DNA from: Opitutales bacterium
GTDB taxonomy: Bacteria > Verrucomicrobiota > Verrucomicrobiia > Opitutales > PNEW01
Direction: 5' to 3'
DNA: 32,000 nucleotides
NCBI GenBank assembly: GCA_965219535.1
Contig: CBDCNV010000001.1
Location: 1,410,001 to 1,442,000, forward strand
In this document: piece by piece, positions 17,659 through 26,368 of the stretch
How positions within the stretch are numbered: position 1 is the first letter of the stretch
How the letters are laid out: each line of letters starts with the position of its first letter
Translations under genes and position numbers: made by a program
The notes under the pieces: generated by a model
Told to the model about the DNA's origin: nothing
What the model saw: only the letters and a program-made list of their open reading frames with translations
Database searches by the model: none

Positions 17659-17779
17659 GGAGAGATTTCCCCTGAGCCTGAGTTTAATAGATAAACACTT
17701 ATCCGACCGTTTGTCCGAAGCAGTATCACGAGTTCAGGGAGTGACATCTCAGCGCTATTAAATTTTCCAAGAAAAATAA

Positions 17780-18592
17780 TTATGATTTGATACGAAGTCT
17801 GAGGATATCGGTGCAAAGTTCATCATATTCCTGGGCGCCTCGGGAACTTCGCGCGAACATGGAGATAGGTTTAGAGGCAAGATTGGCCTGGTTGAGGGAC
17901 TCGCTTTTTGAAATGACAGTTTTTAACACTCGCCGCTTATGTTTATCTAAAAGTTCCTCGACCATGGCATTCGTGCGGGTAGTCCGAACCTCAAACATTG
18001 TGGTCAGGATGCGGTAGGGGACTTCCTCTTCATCACGAAGTTCTCTCGCGGTATTGAGAAGCGTATCAAGACCCATGACGGCGCCGGCGCCCGGCTGGAC
18101 GGGAATGAGAAGCAGATCAGCTGCTACGATCGCGTTGTAAGTAAGGATGCCGAGGATCGGGGGGCAATCGATAACGATATGCTCATAATCATTTGAGAGT
18201 GGATCCAGCGCATTCGCGAGACGCTCTTCACGACGGATCCGAGTCTCGAGAAGTTCGGCGGTTTCAATGAGGACAAAAGTAGCTGGGACAATATCGAGCT
18301 TGGGAACGTCAGTTGCTAAAACGGTACGAGGCGCCTGTGAGGGACGACCCATGATGAGATCAGATACACTCCATTCTGGTTGCTCATCGAGGAAGCAATG
18401 GGTGGCATGAGCCTGGGGATCGAGATCGACAAGGAGAGTATCGTGGCCTCTCTCAGCTAAGCCAGTAGCTAAGTTTATAGTGGTCGTCGTCTTACCTACG
18501 CCGCCCTTGTTATTAGTGACTGCAATTATAATGACCGAATCCTTGGTGAAATTGAAAGGTTTCCATTTTGGGTTTTTACCCCTGTCCGTCAA
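17780..18592 (-). CDS. ParA/MinD-family P-loop ATPase (orphan)
   Basis: Deviant Walker A IIAVTNNKGGVGKTTTTINLA. No parB or parS is visible nearby. Confidence 0.85.
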   Translation of the reverse strand: MTDRGKNPKWKPFNFTKDSVIIIAVTNNKGGVGKTTTTINLATGLAERGHDTLLVDLDPQAHATHCFLDEQPEWSVSDLIMGRPSQAPRTVLATDVPKLDIVPATFVLIETAELLETRIRREERLANALDPLSNDYEHIVIDCPPILGILTYNAIVAADLLLIPVQPGAGAVMGLDTLLNTARELRDEEEVPYRILTTMFEVRTTRTNAMVEELLDKHKRRVLKTVISKSESLNQANLASKPISMFARSSRGAQEYDELCTDILRLRIKS

Positions 18593-18716
18593 GCCGTCGA
18601 TACTAATGAATTAGCGGGAAAATGGAATACAGCGGCGGTCAATATCGATAAAGGTTGACTCCTTAATTGGCCAATGGCTTCAATTACCTGTTATAAGAGG
18701 TTTAATCTACTCGAAT

Positions 18717-19208
18717 ATGGACAAAAGTATAACAGATTCGATCAGTCTAAAATTCTTAAAATCGCATGCTTTATTCGGTGGAATCGAAGATGATGACTTG
18801 GTTTTTTTTCTATCCTTAATGAAGCAGGAAAATCATTCAGGGGGTGATGTCATTGTAAGTGAGGGTGAAACAGGAGACTGTTTATACTTAATTGTCGAGG
18901 GTTCGGTTGAGATTTTAAAAAATGTTTCCGATTCATCATCAGAATCAATGGAGAGAATCGCTACCCTGGGAACAGGAGAAACTTTCGGAGAGATGGCGAT
19001 CGTTGATTTACAGAAACGATCAGCGACGGTAAGAACTTTAGAACAAAGTGTTGTCCTTAGACTCTCGCACAAGGATATTTTTAATATCGCCAAAAAAAAT
19101 AATTATATTTACTCCATCGTCATCATGAATCTGGCACGTGAAATCAGCCGGCGCCTTCGGGTCATGGATGACCGCTATGCGATCACCCTTTTTTCTCACA
19201 AGCATTAA
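18717..19208 (+). CDS. Stand-alone cyclic-nucleotide-binding (CAP-effector) domain protein
   Basis: GETGDCLYLIVEGSVEI ... FGEMAIVDLQKRSATVRT is the phosphate-binding-cassette pattern. There is no HTH or other output domain. Confidence 0.8.
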   Translation: MDKSITDSISLKFLKSHALFGGIEDDDLVFFLSLMKQENHSGGDVIVSEGETGDCLYLIVEGSVEILKNVSDSSSESMERIATLGTGETFGEMAIVDLQKRSATVRTLEQSVVLRLSHKDIFNIAKKNNYIYSIVIMNLAREISRRLRVMDDRYAITLFSHKH

Positions 19209-19255
19209 TGGTGAATTCTTAATCGTCATATAAATGAAAGGACATAGGTGACCAA

Positions 19256-19732
19256 ATGATGGAAAATGCAATATTTGGAGCGGGTTGTTTCTGGGGAGTA
19301 GAAGCGGCGTTTCGCGAGATAAAGGGTGTTAACTCAACTGCCGTCGGTTATTTGGGAGGGACGTTGGAAAATCCTACTTATGAAGATGTTTGTAGTCGTC
19401 ATACCGGACATGCTGAAGTAGTTGAAATAGATTTTAATCCGGCCGAAGTCACTTATGAAGAACTCCTGGAAGTGTTCTGGAAAATTCATAACCCAACGAC
19501 GATGAACAGGCAGGGCCCGGATGTCGGCTCTCAGTATCGATCAGCAATATTTTATACTACACCTGAGCAGGAATCTGTAGCTAAAGTGTCAAAAGATAAG
19601 CTCGAGAATTCCGGGACATTAAATAGTCCGATTGTAACTGAAATCACTGCCGCATCGAAATTTTATAAAGCGGAGGATTATCATCAGCAATATAATGAGA
19701 AACATGGGATCAGCCACTGCAGACTAAGTTGA
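19256..19732 (+). CDS. msrA: Peptide-methionine (S)-S-oxide reductase
   Basis: The catalytic motif [12 protein letters not shown] is present. It is 158 aa. Confidence 0.95.
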   Translation: MMENAIFGAGCFWGVEAAFREIKGVNSTAVGYLGGTLENPTYEDVCSRHTGHAEVVEIDFNPAEVTYEELLEVFWKIHNPTTMNRQGPDVGSQYRSAIFYTTPEQESVAKVSKDKLENSGTLNSPIVTEITAASKFYKAEDYHQQYNEKHGISHCRLS

Positions 19733-19775
19733 ATAGCTGATTTCGATAAATCCGGCCAAGATAAAATTTCATCAC

Positions 19776-20990
19776 ATGAGTGCGCTGGCGATCAAAGGAG
19801 GAAAACCATTAGTCGGCGATAAAATGGTTGGGAAAAAATGGCCGATTGCCAATGACACCGATCGCCAAGCATTGAATCGCGTTTTGGAAAGCGATACCTG
19901 GTGTAGTGGAATGCATGAGAAGCAGACGGATGCGGAGGTAGGTAAATTCGAAATAGCATTTGCTGATTATCAGGGCAGCAAGTACGGATGCGCGGTGACT
20001 AACGGGACGACGGCACTGGATGTTTCGTTGCGTGCGGGAGGTATAAATTCCGGCGATGAAGTCATCGTTCCCGCGGCCAGTTTCGTAGCCACTGCTATTG
20101 CCGTCACTTTAAATGACGCGATCCCGGTATTTGTCGACGTTGATCTTGAGACAAATGGGCTTTTACCGGAAGCTGCGGAAAACGCCATCACTGAGAAGAC
20201 AAGGGCGATTATTCCTGTCCATTCATGTGGGTATCCCGCCGATATGGAGGCACTTGGAAAGTTGGCAAAAAAGCATAATCTATTTATTGTCGAGGATTGT
20301 GCTCATGTTCACGGCACCATCTGGGATGGACACAAATTTCCGGTTTCCGATTTCGGGGCATTCAGTTTCCAGGAGGGTAAATTGATGACCGCAGGTGAAG
20401 GGGGTATGGTACTCACGGATAATTATGATCACGCCGATAGGATTCACGCAATGTGCACGCATGGCCGCGTTCATGGTCACCCCTTCGGTGATTATCATGA
20501 ACTCGGTACGAATTTTAGGATGACTGAATTTCAGGGGGCATTGCTTCTGGCTCAGTTAGCGAGGTTGGAAGACCAGAACAAGCATCGGGACGCCAATGCG
20601 ACTTATCTCACGAAACACCTGGAGAATCTTCCTGGCCTTCGTGCGATCAAGCGCGATTCCCGTCTCACGCTCTGGGGATTCTACCATTGGAATTTTAAAT
20701 TTGTGCCCGATCTCTGGGAGGGGATTACCCGGGATCAATTCGTCGAAGCAGCGATGGCCGAGGGCTTGCCTATCGGTCCGGGCATGCAGGTAGCACCGAT
20801 GTTCGAATGCCCGCTTTACGCTGAGAATAAAGCCCCTTCTCGCATACAGGACTGTCCCAATTGCTATGTATGGAAAGAGGAAGCTCTTAATTTCAGCCAT
20901 CGTGTTTTTCTGGGGCCGCAAGAGGACATGGATCTGATTTATGCAACCTTTCTGAAAATCTGGGACAACCGGGACGAGTTGCGTGTGTAG
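19776..20990 (+). CDS. DegT/DnrJ/EryC1/StrS-family PLP-dependent aminotransferase
   Basis: NGTTALDVSL, DEVIVPAASFVAT and the PLP-lysine context FSFQEGKLMTAGEGGMV. Confidence 0.85.
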   Translation: MSALAIKGGKPLVGDKMVGKKWPIANDTDRQALNRVLESDTWCSGMHEKQTDAEVGKFEIAFADYQGSKYGCAVTNGTTALDVSLRAGGINSGDEVIVPAASFVATAIAVTLNDAIPVFVDVDLETNGLLPEAAENAITEKTRAIIPVHSCGYPADMEALGKLAKKHNLFIVEDCAHVHGTIWDGHKFPVSDFGAFSFQEGKLMTAGEGGMVLTDNYDHADRIHAMCTHGRVHGHPFGDYHELGTNFRMTEFQGALLLAQLARLEDQNKHRDANATYLTKHLENLPGLRAIKRDSRLTLWGFYHWNFKFVPDLWEGITRDQFVEAAMAEGLPIGPGMQVAPMFECPLYAENKAPSRIQDCPNCYVWKEEALNFSHRVFLGPQEDMDLIYATFLKIWDNRDELRV

Positions 20991-21011
20991 AGTACGGTAA
21001 TCAGTCTTGTG

Positions 21012-21908
21012 ATGACCGACTCAACGATTAAGTCATACGATATGGGTAATCGGGGCACGCTGACCAAAGAACAGGTAATTTTTTATTACAAAGAAGGTTA
21101 TCTCGTGCTTCCGCATTTACTCGATGCGAATGATATGGCTGGTGTTATTGCTTCGATGGAAGAACACGTCGATGATATAGCCAATGACCTCTACGCGAGG
21201 AGTGTGATTAAAGACAAATGTGAAAACAGTCCTTTTGAATCGCGTTTGGCAGAGTTATTTGAAGGGAAAGAAGATGCAGAGTTTCTGCGATACGGTCGGG
21301 GCTGGCGCGACCGTTTACCGGGGTACTTCGATTTGATGTCTAAGCCAATAATTCTCGATGTTGTCGAATCGCTTATTGGCAGTGAAATATTTTCCAATCC
21401 GGTTTATAATACCCGACCAAAAGTTCCGGTAGTCGCCGCGGGCGAAGTGCCCTGGCATCAGGATAAATCCTATTGGCCCAATGCGGATGTTAACCCGGTG
21501 ATTGCGGTATGGATTGCCTTAGTCGATGCGACAGAGGATAATGGCTGCCTTCACATCCTCCCTCGTTCCCATCTCAATGAAGTCCTTTCCTATCATCGGG
21601 AATCCTATAGCAGCACTCGGTATACGGAGATTGATCAAGAACATCTTAAAGATTGCCAGTCTTTACCCCTGCCACTGAAAGCTGGAGGAGCCATCCTTTT
21701 TAATGACCGATGTATCCATATGTCGACGCCGAATCGAAGTAAAAATGTACGGTGGAGCATAGATTTACGTTATCAGCCTACGGATCAGGATCCGATGACT
21801 GAACATGGGGTCGGTTTTCTCGCTCGCAGTCGTAAATACCCTGAGCGGGTTGCCACGCTTGAAGATTGGCTTGCCTCTCGACCCGAGCACGGTGACATAA
21901 GTAAATAA
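21012..21908 (+). CDS. Fe(II)/2-oxoglutarate dioxygenase, PhyH (phytanoyl-CoA dioxygenase) family
   Basis: HxD facial-triad motif (PWHQDKSYW) and a distal His (DRCIHMSTPN). Confidence 0.8.
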   Translation: MTDSTIKSYDMGNRGTLTKEQVIFYYKEGYLVLPHLLDANDMAGVIASMEEHVDDIANDLYARSVIKDKCENSPFESRLAELFEGKEDAEFLRYGRGWRDRLPGYFDLMSKPIILDVVESLIGSEIFSNPVYNTRPKVPVVAAGEVPWHQDKSYWPNADVNPVIAVWIALVDATEDNGCLHILPRSHLNEVLSYHRESYSSTRYTEIDQEHLKDCQSLPLPLKAGGAILFNDRCIHMSTPNRSKNVRWSIDLRYQPTDQDPMTEHGVGFLARSRKYPERVATLEDWLASRPEHGDISK

Positions 21909-22001
21909 ATTATTCAGGGTACCCAAAAGCTATTGCCTTCCGACGGCTTTAGTTTGATTTTATTTCTGAAAATAAGGATGAAATTATTATAATATCGCCT
22001 G

Positions 22002-22754
22002 ATGACAAAACTGAGTGTCAATCTAAACAAAATCGCCCTCTTGCGAAATTCTCGCGGAATTGAAATTCCCGATGTTGTTAGTGAAGGGCGCATCTGCATT
22101 GCGGCCGGTGCTCGAGGTCTAACCGTTCACCCTCGACCGGATCAACGGCATACCAAGCCTTCTGATGTATTTGCCTTAGCGAAGCTGGTTACTGAAAGTC
22201 CAGACATCGAATTTAATATCGAAGGCAATCCATATCCAGAGTTCCTCGAGCTTGTCAAAAAGGCGCGGCCGACTCAATGCACGCTTGTGCCCGATGATCC
22301 CAATCAGCTCACGTCGGATCATGGGTGGGATTTGAAAAAGGAAGGTGAAGAATTAATTCCCGTCATCAAGGAACTTCAGGATTCAGGTATTCGCGTAAGC
22401 CTGTTTATGGATCCAGTTCAAGAGCAGATTGAGCGGGCTCGTGAGATTGGGGCGGATAGGATAGAACTTTACACGCAGCCCTTTGATGAGGCTTACGGAA
22501 GCGCTGAAGAAGAGAAGGTCTTTTCTCAATTTGCACAGGCCGCTAAACATGCGCAAGCGCTCGGTCTGGGAGTTAACGCAGGGCATGATCTCAATTTGAA
22601 TAACCTCGAAAGATTTTTAACGATTCCCAATATTCTAGAGGTTTCTATCGGCCATGCACTGATCGCAGATGCGCTTCATTATGGATTAGAAGCAACGGTA
22701 AAAATGTATTTGAAAATTACCGAAGCTGCGTCCGATGACATGGTTGCCGCTTAA
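22002..22754 (+). CDS. pdxJ: Pyridoxine 5'-phosphate synthase
   Basis: N-terminal LSVNLNKIALLRNSRG and the later GLTVHPRPDQRH and NAGHDLN blocks. It is 250 aa. Confidence 0.93.
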   Translation: MTKLSVNLNKIALLRNSRGIEIPDVVSEGRICIAAGARGLTVHPRPDQRHTKPSDVFALAKLVTESPDIEFNIEGNPYPEFLELVKKARPTQCTLVPDDPNQLTSDHGWDLKKEGEELIPVIKELQDSGIRVSLFMDPVQEQIERAREIGADRIELYTQPFDEAYGSAEEEKVFSQFAQAAKHAQALGLGVNAGHDLNLNNLERFLTIPNILEVSIGHALIADALHYGLEATVKMYLKITEAASDDMVAA

Positions 22755-22795
22755 GAATTACAGTTTCTAATAAATAATATTCTTAATATCGAATT

Positions 22796-23596
22796 ATGCC
22801 TGAAGTCCCTCGCATTGTCCCCTCTCAATTGAATCCTGAAATTGACCCTGAATTATGGAGTGACGTCAATTTTTTTAAGAAATGGGGGTATCTGATCGTC
22901 GAAGATGCAATTACGAAGGAAGAAGTGCGTGTATTGCGCGGAGCGATGGATGATCTTTTCTTAAGGAAAGAAAAGGAGCGTGATAAAAATCATAAAATTA
23001 AAAAAGGGAGTAAGAATTTTATCAACGAACAATTCACGAAGCAGCTCCTGGAAGAAGACGATCGTTTTGTCTTCCTCTTAGACAATCCGCCGGTGCTAAA
23101 GTATATGAAAGCGATCTTAGGCAATTGCATTCAGCTTCACAGTGCCACCTCCCGTATTACTCATCCGGGCGACCAGGACCAGGATTGGCATCGGGACGGA
23201 CCATGGCCAATGGACCCTGAAGGAACGCCCTTTGGGAGTATTCCGGGGCAGATAAATTGCCTTTATTTCCTTGATAAGCTGACGACGGAGCTCGGTCCCA
23301 CTTTAATCGTTCCCGGCAGTCACCGTGTTTCTTTTGCTCCACCTGTAGGGCACCCAAAATTCCCTGATGAAAAGCATCTATTAGCTAAACCCGGCCAGGC
23401 AGTTTTAATCAACGGATGGCTGTACCATCGAGGGACAGCCAATACGTCGAAGAAAAAAAGACGAGGCTGCTATATGTGTTACCAGAACGCATGGATGAAA
23501 TCTCGAGAAACTTTTGACGGACCGCGTATCAAAAAGTTGCGGGAAAATGGCACGCCCGAGCAGCAATTGCTCCTTGGTGGAGTAACTTGCTGGTAG
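22796..23596 (+). CDS. Fe(II)/2-oxoglutarate dioxygenase, PhyH family (second copy, divergent)
   Basis: HxD motif (DWHRDGPW) and a distal His (GWLYHRGTAN). Confidence 0.8.
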   Translation: MPEVPRIVPSQLNPEIDPELWSDVNFFKKWGYLIVEDAITKEEVRVLRGAMDDLFLRKEKERDKNHKIKKGSKNFINEQFTKQLLEEDDRFVFLLDNPPVLKYMKAILGNCIQLHSATSRITHPGDQDQDWHRDGPWPMDPEGTPFGSIPGQINCLYFLDKLTTELGPTLIVPGSHRVSFAPPVGHPKFPDEKHLLAKPGQAVLINGWLYHRGTANTSKKKRRGCYMCYQNAWMKSRETFDGPRIKKLRENGTPEQQLLLGGVTCW

Positions 23597-23609
23597 GTCA
23601 TATAAAATT

Positions 23610-24062
23610 ATGAAAACAATATCTCTATTCAAAGTCAGCGGACTTATTTCAGTTATCCTGGGGCTTCTCGTCGGGCTGTGTAGTTGTTTCGACAACTCGT
23701 CCAATGAGGAGAAAGAAGAAATACCTCTTGTGTCCTATGCCGAATTTAAAGACGGGGGTGCCTATGGCAGCGTACTCAGCATTACTGAAGAGTATGGGAA
23801 TATTAATACCGAATTTATAGAATCGGATATAAAGACGCTGGGTATAGAAAACGCTTCCTCTTTTCTTTTGCAATATGAAATGAATGCCTACGAGGTTCAT
23901 CTAGGTGAAAATTACGATGACGTGCTAGAAGGGAATTGGATCGCATTATGGCGGGATGGCAGACTGCGTATCGCGCGCAATTTAGAAAATGCGGCGATAA
24001 CACTGGGGTGTAAGGAGGGCGATATACTATTTATCAAAGCAAAAGTAGGTAATGAAGAATGA
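23610..24062 (+). CDS. Small lipoprotein or secreted protein of unknown function
   Basis: Signal peptide with a Cys-containing lipobox-like end (VILGLLVGLCSCFDNSS). The ATG lies 14 nt after the preceding stop. Confidence 0.6.
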   Translation: MKTISLFKVSGLISVILGLLVGLCSCFDNSSNEEKEEIPLVSYAEFKDGGAYGSVLSITEEYGNINTEFIESDIKTLGIENASSFLLQYEMNAYEVHLGENYDDVLEGNWIALWRDGRLRIARNLENAAITLGCKEGDILFIKAKVGNEE

Positions 24063-24621
24063 TTTTGAGAGTGTAATAAAAGAGCAACTTTCGGTAGCCA
24101 TGTACCGAGAGAATCTCGATGACATTCCTCAATTTTTATTACCGCCGGAAGTAGGTATCAGGCCATTTCAGGCTGGTGATGATAAGACATGGTTTAATAT
24201 CCAATCAGCCACCGATCGATACTCGACATTTACGTCCGAAAGTTTTCAGAAAACATTTGGGACAGATATCTCTCTATTAAAGGAGCGAGTCAGGTTTTTA
24301 ACCGATAGTGAAAATAATGCCATTGGAACTTCATCAGCATGGTTTTATGACCTGAATGGGCAACATTATGGTCTTATCCATTGGGTTGCGATTGTCCCCG
24401 AATGGCAGGGACGTGGACTGGCCAAACCTTTAATGTCTACAATTTGCAACCTTTTAAAAGAGCTGGGCCATGACAAAGGATTATTACATACGCAGTCGAT
24501 GCGCTACCCGGCAATTAAACTGTACTCCCGGCTTGGTTTTGTGCCTTTTATTAGAAATGAAAAGGAGCAAATCGCGTGGGATGTAATTCTTGATAAGGTT
24601 AAAGCAGATTACCGCGTATAA
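24052..24621 (+). CDS. GNAT-family N-acetyltransferase
   Basis: Acetyl-CoA-binding motif VAIVPEWQGRGLAKPLM. The start overlaps the upstream stop (ATGAAGAATGA). Confidence 0.8.
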   Translation: MKNDFESVIKEQLSVAMYRENLDDIPQFLLPPEVGIRPFQAGDDKTWFNIQSATDRYSTFTSESFQKTFGTDISLLKERVRFLTDSENNAIGTSSAWFYDLNGQHYGLIHWVAIVPEWQGRGLAKPLMSTICNLLKELGHDKGLLHTQSMRYPAIKLYSRLGFVPFIRNEKEQIAWDVILDKVKADYRV

Positions 24622-24681
24622 GAGGTGTAAACCTTGCCTGATCATAAAGGACAAAGAATTTCAACGCATGCCGCGCAGACA

Positions 24682-25239
24682 ATGCGTGTTTTTTTTGCTT
24701 TTGACCTGACGACAGCGGTTAAAGCTGATTTAGAAAAAATAATCGATGAACTGCGTTCACGTGATCATGGGGATCGCGTGCGTTGGGTGCGTAAAGAGAA
24801 TTTGCACGTGACACTGCATTTTCTTGGGAATGTGTCACCTGATAGCGTACCCAGTCTTCTTCATGCCGTGTCTCAAGAACTTGTGCGTGAACGACCGATT
24901 GCCACCCAGTTGACAGGATTGCAATTATTTCCTTCTGAAAAGCGACCACGTGTAATTGCCATGGGGTTAGGATACAATGAAGCTTTAACGCAACTTGCTG
25001 AGGCAGTTAAACGCGGAGTGACAGTGGTCGGCATCCCCTCTGACAAGCGATCCTTTAAAGCTCATCTCACGTTGGGAAGGATCCGGGGTAAAAATTTCCC
25101 CTCCATCAGTACCTTTCCTTTCGAAGGAAAGGCGAAAATAAAGGTAAGCGAAGTATTACTATATCAAAGCGAACTTCTACCAGACGGACCGTTATATTCA
25201 GAAATCGGAAGGATAAAGCTCGGCGCGGGTGAGGGATAA
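24682..25239 (+). CDS. thpR: RNA 2',3'-cyclic phosphodiesterase (2H phosphoesterase, ThpR/LigT)
   Basis: Two HxTx motifs (HVTLHFLG and HLTLGR). I prefer ATG 24682 (MRVFFAF) over the track's TTG at 24634. Confidence 0.85.
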   Translation: MRVFFAFDLTTAVKADLEKIIDELRSRDHGDRVRWVRKENLHVTLHFLGNVSPDSVPSLLHAVSQELVRERPIATQLTGLQLFPSEKRPRVIAMGLGYNEALTQLAEAVKRGVTVVGIPSDKRSFKAHLTLGRIRGKNFPSISTFPFEGKAKIKVSEVLLYQSELLPDGPLYSEIGRIKLGAGEG

Positions 25240-25251
25240 TAGTGAGGTCGT

Positions 25252-25344
25252 AATCTTCGTCTTCGTCTTCCTCAAAGATAGGATTTCTAGTATTTTCGTA
25301 GATAAAAGCGGACGAAGACGAAGAGAAAGACGAAGACGAAGATT
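25252..25344. repeat. Long inverted repeat built from CTTCGT/GACGAA hexamers between convergent genes (candidate bidirectional terminator)
   Basis: AATCTTCGTCTTCGTCTTCCTC (25252..25273) pairs with GAGAAAGACGAAGACGAAGATT (25323..25344) at 21 of 22 positions, with a 49-nt loop. Additional GACGAA copies at 25311..25322 allow an alternative register. Confidence 0.6.
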
Positions 25345-25365
25345 CTATAGGACGAAGATTATATA

Positions 25366-26352
25366 TTACCCCCAAAAAGCAGGATCGGGAGGGTAAATAT
25401 AACTCTCTTCGAAGCGAAGACCCTGGGGCCGATCCTCAGTTAATAATAAGGGACCATCTAAATCTACTACCTTGGCATAGGTTCCTAACAAAGTAGCCGG
25501 AGCCATAGCCAGAGAAGTAGCTACCATGCAACCAACCATAAGATCAAAACCTTTTTCCTGTGCTGCCAGCGCAAGTCTGCGTGCTTCAGTCAGTCCACCG
25601 GTTTTATCAAGTTTGATATTAATCCATTCATAATGACCTTTAAGTTTATCAATATCTTCACTCGTGTGGCATGATTCATCGGCACAAAGAGGAACGGGAT
25701 GATCTATTTCAGAAAGGTTTGTGTCCTCTCCCGCGGGCAGCGGTTGTTCAATCATATCCACGCCCAAAGAAACGAGTTCGGAACTTAACTCCTTTAATAT
25801 CTCAAGCGTCCAACTTTCATTGGCATCGAGAATTATTCTGGCGGCGGGCGCATTTTCACGGACGGCTCGTATCCTCGCTACAATCTGTTGATCATCCAGT
25901 TTAATTTTTAAAAGTTGGGCCCCCGATAGCTCTTCTGCTGCTCTCCCCATAGCTTCAGGACTATCTAAACTAATCGTAACCGCGGTGAGAACCGCTTGGG
26001 GTGGGTTGAGCTCAGCTAATTGCCAAACAGGTTTGTTCGATAACTTCGCTTCCAAATCCCACAGCGCACAATCGACAGCATTCCGTGCTGCGCCCGCCTT
26101 CATTAATGACTGTAACCCGCTTCGGTCTAAGCCATTTATTATCTCTGACTCAAGAGATTTAATGTGTGCAATTACTCCATCAACAGTTTCATTGTAACGC
26201 GGATAAGGAACGGATTCACCTCGACCCACTTTGCCATTCTCTCGAATTTCAACGACAATGACATGGGCTTCAGTTTTACTCCCCCGGGATATCGTAAATG
26301 CGCTGCGTAACGGCCATATCTCGGCCTCAACGCCTATCTCTCTTGAAGCCAT
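25366..26352 (-). CDS. dgcA: Enolase-superfamily dipeptide-epimerase-like racemase (N-acetyl-D-glutamate racemase DgcA type)
   Basis: MR/MLE catalytic layout: KIKLD, ILDANESW, MIEQP, CADES and INIKLDKTGG. It is paired with a DUF1611 gene. Confidence 0.7.
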   Translation of the reverse strand: MASREIGVEAEIWPLRSAFTISRGSKTEAHVIVVEIRENGKVGRGESVPYPRYNETVDGVIAHIKSLESEIINGLDRSGLQSLMKAGAARNAVDCALWDLEAKLSNKPVWQLAELNPPQAVLTAVTISLDSPEAMGRAAEELSGAQLLKIKLDDQQIVARIRAVRENAPAARIILDANESWTLEILKELSSELVSLGVDMIEQPLPAGEDTNLSEIDHPVPLCADESCHTSEDIDKLKGHYEWINIKLDKTGGLTEARRLALAAQEKGFDLMVGCMVATSLAMAPATLLGTYAKVVDLDGPLLLTEDRPQGLRFEESYIYPPDPAFWG

Positions 26353-26368
26353 TTATTTCGTTAAATAA

